Assembly (NCBI GenBank): GCA_003551065.1
Contig: PULU01000092.1
Coordinates: 1 to 52,819 of the forward strand
Direction of reading: 5' to 3'
From: Thermoplasmata archaeon
GTDB taxonomy: Archaea; Thermoplasmatota; Thermoplasmata; Halarchaeoplasmatales; Halarchaeoplasmataceae
DNA length: 52,819 nt
The notes under the pieces are model-generated. The model did not search any database and was not told where the DNA came from. It saw nothing but the letters and a program-made list of their open reading frames with translations. Of this stretch, positions 47,548-52,819 are shown in pieces. Every line of letters begins with the position of its first letter. Within the stretch, counting starts at the first letter, position 1. Position numbers and translations under genes: made by a program.

Positions 47548-47979
47548 CTAGTCCTTTGAACAGCTCTCATCATTGCATGAGGGTATCTCATTACCATGTG
47601 GACAATTACTAGGTCTTCCGAGTTTTTCACATAAGATGTCTATCATTTCAGCATCGAAGATATGCTCCAACTGACAGGCTTTATCGTGAAGTATTTCTTC
47701 ATCGAGTGAAAAGTATTTCTTGAGAAAAACTTCTAGTATCCTGTGGCTCCTCACTATGCGTTCCCCTTCAGTATATCCCTTTTCAGTGAGTTTCACTCCA
47801 TGATAGGGTATGTATTCGATATAGCTCTCTTCCTCAAGCTTGGGTAGGACTTCTGTTACCGTAGGAGGAGAAACGCCTAGATGATCAGCTATCTCACCGG
47901 TCTTGATATTATCTCCCTTGGATCCCTTGTATAATTTGTACATAGTTTCAAGATATTCTTCCTCGGTTTCTCTCTTCAT
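47548..47979 (-). CDS. DtxR/MntR-family metal-dependent regulator
   Basis: EEYLE.MY, IA..LGVSPPTVTE....L, GVKLT.KG, HRILE.FL, AC.LEH, CPHGN.IP. Confidence 0.93.
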   Translation of the reverse strand: MKRETEEEYLETMYKLYKGSKGDNIKTGEIADHLGVSPPTVTEVLPKLEEESYIEYIPYHGVKLTEKGYTEGERIVRSHRILEVFLKKYFSLDEEILHDKACQLEHIFDAEMIDILCEKLGRPSNCPHGNEIPSCNDESCSKD

Positions 47980-48044
47980 AATCACTTTCAATCTTATAAA
48001 ATATTTATAGGTTTGGAATTGTAAATATTAGTAAAAAACTGAAA

Positions 48045-48144
48045 TAGCGGGGAGTGGATTTGAACCACTGGTCTCCGGGTTCCTCAGGTGCATTTAGCTG
48101 CACCATATGAGCCCGACGGGTTTTCCTAGCTACCCTACCCCGCT
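48045..48144 (-). tRNA. Initiator tRNA-Met(CAU) with 25-nt intron (48081-48105) at 37/38
   Basis: Cloverleaf AGCGGGG/CCCCGCT (A1-U72), D stem GGGT/ACCC, three G-C pairs in anticodon stem, CAT anticodon, TTCAAAT loop; BHB CTCA/TGAG with TAT and GAA bulges; CCA not encoded. Confidence 0.95.
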
Positions 48145-48242
48145 ATTATGGGAAAATCGAGATCAACTTTCTCTGGGATTCCTATATTAGGATGCATTTT
48201 ATAAATCTTTCTATGGTCGAGAGTTCAAAGGGCGGAACTTTA

Positions 48243-49961
48243 TCATGTTCGTTTGAACATCTTCTCCAATTCCTTTTCTGAGAAATTGATTATAGTGGGT
48301 CTCCCGTGAGGACATGTATATGGTATCTCCGTCCTGCCCAACTCATCGAGTAATCTTTTCGCCCTTGTGGGAGATATGTTGTCACCTGCCATGACAGACG
48401 ACCTACAGGCCATGTACTTGATCAGTTCTTCTTTCCTCTCTTCCAGACTGCTGTTCCTGAGCTCTAAAAGTTCGTCGAGTATAGAATGTATGATCTCATC
48501 TCCCTGCAGTTCTCCTAATACAACCGGTACTCCCGTGAGCCTGAATGTTGTCTTACCGAAGGGCTCTATCTTGAAGCCCAGTCGTTCTAAAAGCTCCTCG
48601 TTGGCCTTGATGAGAGCTGCTTCTCTGGGTTTTAGATCCATGGTTTTTGGAGATAATAGATCTTGGCATCCGATCTTTTCTTCGTATTTATCTTTCAATC
48701 TTTCGTAGTTCACCCTTTCATGGGCTGCATGTTGGTCTATTATCACGAACCCATCAGGGACTTCGGCCAATATGTAAGAATCCTTGATTATATCCATTAT
48801 CCTCATTTTTGGTAACTTAGATCCAGATACATCGACAGCTTCCTTTATACCCAATCTAGTTTGAGAGTAGGCATCTGTTATTGAGGCAACACCATTACCT
48901 TCAGTTGTTTTACTGTTTTTTTCCTCCTTGGGTTTTACCTCATTTACGTCCTTTTTTGGGGTAGGTATCAGGTCATTATCTAATAAACTCTTTCTGACAC
49001 CTTCAAAGACTATCCTTTTAACCTTCTCCTCCTCTTTGAACCTGATCTTGGTCTTAGTAGGATGTACATTAACATCGATCTCTTCACCAGGTATAGAGAT
49101 ATTTAATACAGTTATGGGGTATCGTCTTTTGGGCAGTAACGTCTTGTATCCCTCCATGAGTCCATCTCTCAGGAGGTTGTTTTCGATGAATCGATCGTTC
49201 ACATAGGTGTACATATGTTTCCTGCTAGCTCTTGTAACTTCTGGCTTGCTGACGAATCCTTCGATGTACATACCTTCACTTTCATAATCTACAAGGAACA
49301 TCTTTTTTGCGACCTGGGTTCCGTATATGGCCTTGATATTCTCCAGTATCGAATCTGACTTTGGAGCAAAGAACAATTCATTACCGTTGTGGATCAGTTT
49401 GAAACGGACCTCCGGTTTAGATAGTGCGTTCTTAGTAACTACATCCGTTACGTGGGCTAATTCAGTGTTCGTCTTTTTAAGATATTTCCGTCTAGCAGGA
49501 GTATTATAGAAAAGGTCGTTGACTTCTATCAGTGTTCCAGTAGGAGACCCTTTTGTATTTAACTCCTTGACATTTCCTCCATGTATCTTGGTTTCCACAC
49601 CTTCTAATTCGTCCTCTCTCTTTGTGACACATCTAACCTTCGAGACCGCAGCGATACTGGGAAGGGCTTCGCCCCTAAAACCCAGACTTTCGAGGTCATC
49701 TAGATCTTCTATCTCGTGTATCTTGCTAGTTGCATGCTTTTCGAAGGCCAGTTCCACTTCTTCTTTATTCATACCACATCCATTGTCTTTCACGAGTATG
49801 CGATCCTTACCTCCTCTCTCTATCTCCACCAGTATATCGTCCGCACCAGCATCTAAAGAATTTTCGATCAACTCCTTCACAACCGACGCTGGACGCTCGA
49901 TAACCTCACCAGCAGCTATCTGGTTGACGGTCTGTGATGATAACTTGTGGATCCGTGACAT
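48243..49961 (-). CDS. mutL: DNA mismatch repair endonuclease MutL
   Basis: IAAGEVIERPASVVKELIENSLDAGA, GFRGEAL, DVNVHPTK, DQHAAHER, MAC, CPHGRP; TGATG coupling to mutS. Confidence 0.97.
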   Translation of the reverse strand: MSRIHKLSSQTVNQIAAGEVIERPASVVKELIENSLDAGADDILVEIERGGKDRILVKDNGCGMNKEEVELAFEKHATSKIHEIEDLDDLESLGFRGEALPSIAAVSKVRCVTKREDELEGVETKIHGGNVKELNTKGSPTGTLIEVNDLFYNTPARRKYLKKTNTELAHVTDVVTKNALSKPEVRFKLIHNGNELFFAPKSDSILENIKAIYGTQVAKKMFLVDYESEGMYIEGFVSKPEVTRASRKHMYTYVNDRFIENNLLRDGLMEGYKTLLPKRRYPITVLNISIPGEEIDVNVHPTKTKIRFKEEEKVKRIVFEGVRKSLLDNDLIPTPKKDVNEVKPKEEKNSKTTEGNGVASITDAYSQTRLGIKEAVDVSGSKLPKMRIMDIIKDSYILAEVPDGFVIIDQHAAHERVNYERLKDKYEEKIGCQDLLSPKTMDLKPREAALIKANEELLERLGFKIEPFGKTTFRLTGVPVVLGELQGDEIIHSILDELLELRNSSLEERKEELIKYMACRSSVMAGDNISPTRAKRLLDELGRTEIPYTCPHGRPTIINFSEKELEKMFKRT

Positions 49962-52555
49962 CAATCTTCAGCCTCCTTTCTCAACTTCCACAATTCGTTC
50001 ATGGCTTCTAAAGGGGTCATATTCTCTAGATCCAATTCTTTCAACTCCTCGACAACGGGATGACTTTCTGAGGACGTATCACCGGATTCTGGATCGAAAA
50101 CCACCTGTTTCAATCTAGGGCCGTCATCGGTCTCCATCTTGATGGTATGATCTTTCTCGATCTGCTCGAGTACATCACCAGCTCTTTCGACAACTGGATC
50201 TGGAACACCTGCTAGAGAGGCAACATGGATACCATAACTTTCATCCGTGTGCCCATCACGTACTTTTCTGAGGAAGGTCACATCTCCTTCACTTTCCTTC
50301 ACTGCTACGTGGAGATTTTTGACCCCTTTCAGTGATCTCTCTAATTCGGTGATCTCGTGATAGTGGGTAGCGAAGAGTGTTTTAGCTCTCACATATTCGT
50401 TTATATACTCTGTCACGGCCCACGCTATACTCAGTCCATCGAATGTACTAGTTCCGCTGCCGATCTCGTCTAGAAGTATGAGGCTGTTCTCAGATGCGTT
50501 ATGTAGGATGTTAGCCAGTTCTACCATCTCTACCATGAATGTTGATTGTCCTTTGGTAAGGGCATCCAATGAACCGACCCTAGTAAATATCCTATCCACG
50601 ACACCGATATGAGCCTTTTCAGCAGGTACGAAACTGCCTATATGAGCTAAGAGGGTTATCAGAGCCACCTGTCTCATGTAAGTAGATTTACCGGACATGT
50701 TAGGACCGGTGATGATCAGGTACCTGTTATTATCCATATCTAGGAGTGAATCGTTGGGGATAAAACTTTCAACCGTTTTTTCCACAACTGGATGACGTCC
50801 TTCACTGATATCTATCCTTCCGTCTTCTCCAATCTCTGGTAGATTATAATCGTTCCGGACAGCTATATGTGCAAAATTACAGATCACGTCCAACCTTGCT
50901 ATCGTGTCGGCAGTGGTTTGAAACCTTTCAGACTCATCCCCAACCTTCTCTCTCACCTTCTTGAATATCTCGTACTCAAGGGCCTCCATCTTTTCTTCAG
51001 AACTGATGATCTCCTCCTCTTTTTCCTTTAATTTCTGGGTATAGTATCGTTCACTGTTTTTCAGGGTCTGTTTCCTGGAATATCCTTCTGGAACCTTGTC
51101 GATCTTGGACTTCGGCACTTCGATGTAATAACCATGGACCTTGTTATAACCCACCTTCAATCTTTCTATCCCTGTCTTATCCTTTTCTTCTTCTTCAAGT
51201 GAACTGATCCACTCTTTCCCTTGTTTCGTCTTCTTTTTCAGTTCATCCAACCTTTCGTGAAATCCTTCCTTGATTATACCCCCCTCTTTTACCGTAGCTG
51301 GTGGGTCTTCGATGATAGCGTTATCTATCATCTCTTTTACATCTTCCATGGGGTCTAGAGAATCTTTTATCTCCCTAAGATAACCACTATCTAGATCACA
51401 AATCAAATCTTTTAAAGGCTCTAGTCGAATCAATACATTCTTGATGGATATCAGGTCTCGGGCATTTGCGTTCCCATAAACGACCCTACTGATCAGCCTT
51501 TCTATATCGGACATACCGTTCATCTGCTCCCTGATATCGTCTCTTAAGAACAACTCGTTTTTAAGTTCCTGTACCGACTCCAATCTTTTTTCGATCTGCT
51601 CGATGTTCAACAAGGGCTGTTGCAGCCATTTTCTTAATTTTCTCGAGCCCATGGCGGTGACTGTTTCGTTCAATATATCCAATAGGGTACCTTTCTTTCC
51701 ACCATCCCGTAGATTTTGAAATATCTCCAGGTTCTTCAAAGTTGTGGCATCGATGGTCATGTAATCGTCGTGAGAGTAGCTCCTTATCCTTTGGATGTTA
51801 TCCATGGTCCTTTTTTGGGTATCCTCAATATAATCCAATACTCCGCCTGCGGCTTTGACGGCTTGTTTACTACCCTGTATTCCCAGGGGTTCTAAAGTTT
51901 CGATATCGAAATGAGCGAGTAACCTCTGTTTAGCTGGATGGTACCTGAAGGCATCGTCTTGGAATTTATTGACCATCATCGGTACATCTTTCTGTATCTC
52001 AGATAAGAACTCCTCTTCTTGGTAGATCCCCGAAGGTAAAATACATTCTGAGGGTTCGTATCGGATTATTTCAGAGATAAGACCTTCTTTATTTTTGAAT
52101 TCTGTCACTAAGAATTCTCCAGTAGAGATATCAACTGCAGCTAGACCGAAACCATTCCCTTTGGTGATGCTGATTAGATAGTTATTGCTGGCACTTTCCA
52201 GAATACCTTCGTCTATGACTGTACCAGGTGTTACCACCCTTACGACTTCCCGATCTACCAAACCCTTGGCTTTGCTCGGATCCTCGACCTGCTCAGCTAT
52301 CGCAACGGTGTAACCTTTTTTTATCAAACGCTGGAGGTAAGAATCGACGGAGTGGTAAGGTATTCCTGCCATAGGGATGGGATCATCCTTACCTTTATCC
52401 CGGGTGGTTAGGACGATATCGAGTTCGTCAGCAGCCGTTTTTGCATCCTCATCGAACATTTCGTAGAAATCACCCATACGGAAAAATAGGATAGACTCTG
52501 GATATTGTTTTTTGAGTTCATAATACTGTTTCATCATCGGAGTCCTGTCAGTCAT
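49961..52555 (-). CDS. mutS: DNA mismatch repair protein MutS1
   Basis: TPMMKQY, GDFYEMF, GRHPVVE, TGPNMSGKST, STFMVEM, LLDEIG.GTST.DG, FATHYHE, SYGIHVA. Confidence 0.97.
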   Translation of the reverse strand: MTDRTPMMKQYYELKKQYPESILFFRMGDFYEMFDEDAKTAADELDIVLTTRDKGKDDPIPMAGIPYHSVDSYLQRLIKKGYTVAIAEQVEDPSKAKGLVDREVVRVVTPGTVIDEGILESASNNYLISITKGNGFGLAAVDISTGEFLVTEFKNKEGLISEIIRYEPSECILPSGIYQEEEFLSEIQKDVPMMVNKFQDDAFRYHPAKQRLLAHFDIETLEPLGIQGSKQAVKAAGGVLDYIEDTQKRTMDNIQRIRSYSHDDYMTIDATTLKNLEIFQNLRDGGKKGTLLDILNETVTAMGSRKLRKWLQQPLLNIEQIEKRLESVQELKNELFLRDDIREQMNGMSDIERLISRVVYGNANARDLISIKNVLIRLEPLKDLICDLDSGYLREIKDSLDPMEDVKEMIDNAIIEDPPATVKEGGIIKEGFHERLDELKKKTKQGKEWISSLEEEEKDKTGIERLKVGYNKVHGYYIEVPKSKIDKVPEGYSRKQTLKNSERYYTQKLKEKEEEIISSEEKMEALEYEIFKKVREKVGDESERFQTTADTIARLDVICNFAHIAVRNDYNLPEIGEDGRIDISEGRHPVVEKTVESFIPNDSLLDMDNNRYLIITGPNMSGKSTYMRQVALITLLAHIGSFVPAEKAHIGVVDRIFTRVGSLDALTKGQSTFMVEMVELANILHNASENSLILLDEIGSGTSTFDGLSIAWAVTEYINEYVRAKTLFATHYHEITELERSLKGVKNLHVAVKESEGDVTFLRKVRDGHTDESYGIHVASLAGVPDPVVERAGDVLEQIEKDHTIKMETDDGPRLKQVVFDPESGDTSSESHPVVEELKELDLENMTPLEAMNELWKLRKEAED

Positions 52556-52767
52556 CCAAGTTCCTCCTTTGGGTTTTTCATCGGCTTTATATCTCCTTTG
52601 GATTCGAAAGTCAAGATGTTAGTAATAAACCTTTTTTCTTAGTTATCTGTTAATTTCTCTATGCGCTCAAAAATTATATATAAAATATCTTGGTTACAAA
52701 ATTTAGTCCTTCGATAAAAATCAGATAAACTTAGATAAAAAAAGAGAATAATTTTTTTGATGGGTAA

Positions 52768-52818
52768 TTATTTTTCTATCTTAACTTCTATTTTTCTTTT
52801 CAATGTATCTTCGATAGG
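52768..52818 (-). CDS. 3' end of a CDS entering from outside the window (...PIEDTLKRKIEVKIEK*)
   Basis: Open frame to TAA 52770-52768 followed by AT-rich intergenic DNA; too short to assign (weakly OsmC-like). Confidence 0.35.
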   Translation of the reverse strand, partial: PIEDTLKRKIEVKIEK

Positions 52819-52819
52819 G

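Noticed and set aside
3714-50118. Many 60-200 aa antisense ORFs in the track (Ser/Phe/Leu/Ile-rich)
   Set aside because: Shadow frames of acidic, Lys-rich genes on the opposite strand; no motifs.
1-52819. CRISPR arrays, IS elements, proviral or defence genes
   Set aside because: No regularly spaced direct repeats and no transposase, integrase, cas or capsid-like ORFs seen.

Overview
Archaeal core-genome window. Gene content (Rpo6, aCPSF1, PAN, PsmB, aIF6, eL31/eL39/eS19, Dph5, DHS, DGGGP synthase, PPAT-NTPase fusion) and the acidic proteins suggest a salt-adapted Thermoplasmatota lineage; this is inference. It holds about 50 mostly housekeeping CDSs (translation and tRNA modification, proteasome, lipid synthesis, pyrBI, ftsZ, mutSL, XPD) and an intron-containing initiator tRNA-Met. 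There is also a small accessory cluster of three paralogous surface proteins (968-3283) flanked by stem-rich intergenic DNA. No CRISPR array, transposase or integrase was seen. The two strongest unannotated signals are non-coding. (1) The ileS leader (9200-9330, minus) has a leaderless 14-codon uORF with three consecutive Ile codons (ATC-ATA-ATT), mutually exclusive hairpins, a U-tract and an anti-SD, making it a candidate ribosome-dependent Ile attenuator in an archaeon. (2) A GC-rich ~205-nt RNA (25878-26082, minus) has K-turns, an H/ACA hairpin whose pocket matches 23S helix 69 and five CAGGAC repeats; it lies directly upstream of an uncalled zinc-ribbon microprotein. All calls are by eye, without database searches or folding software.
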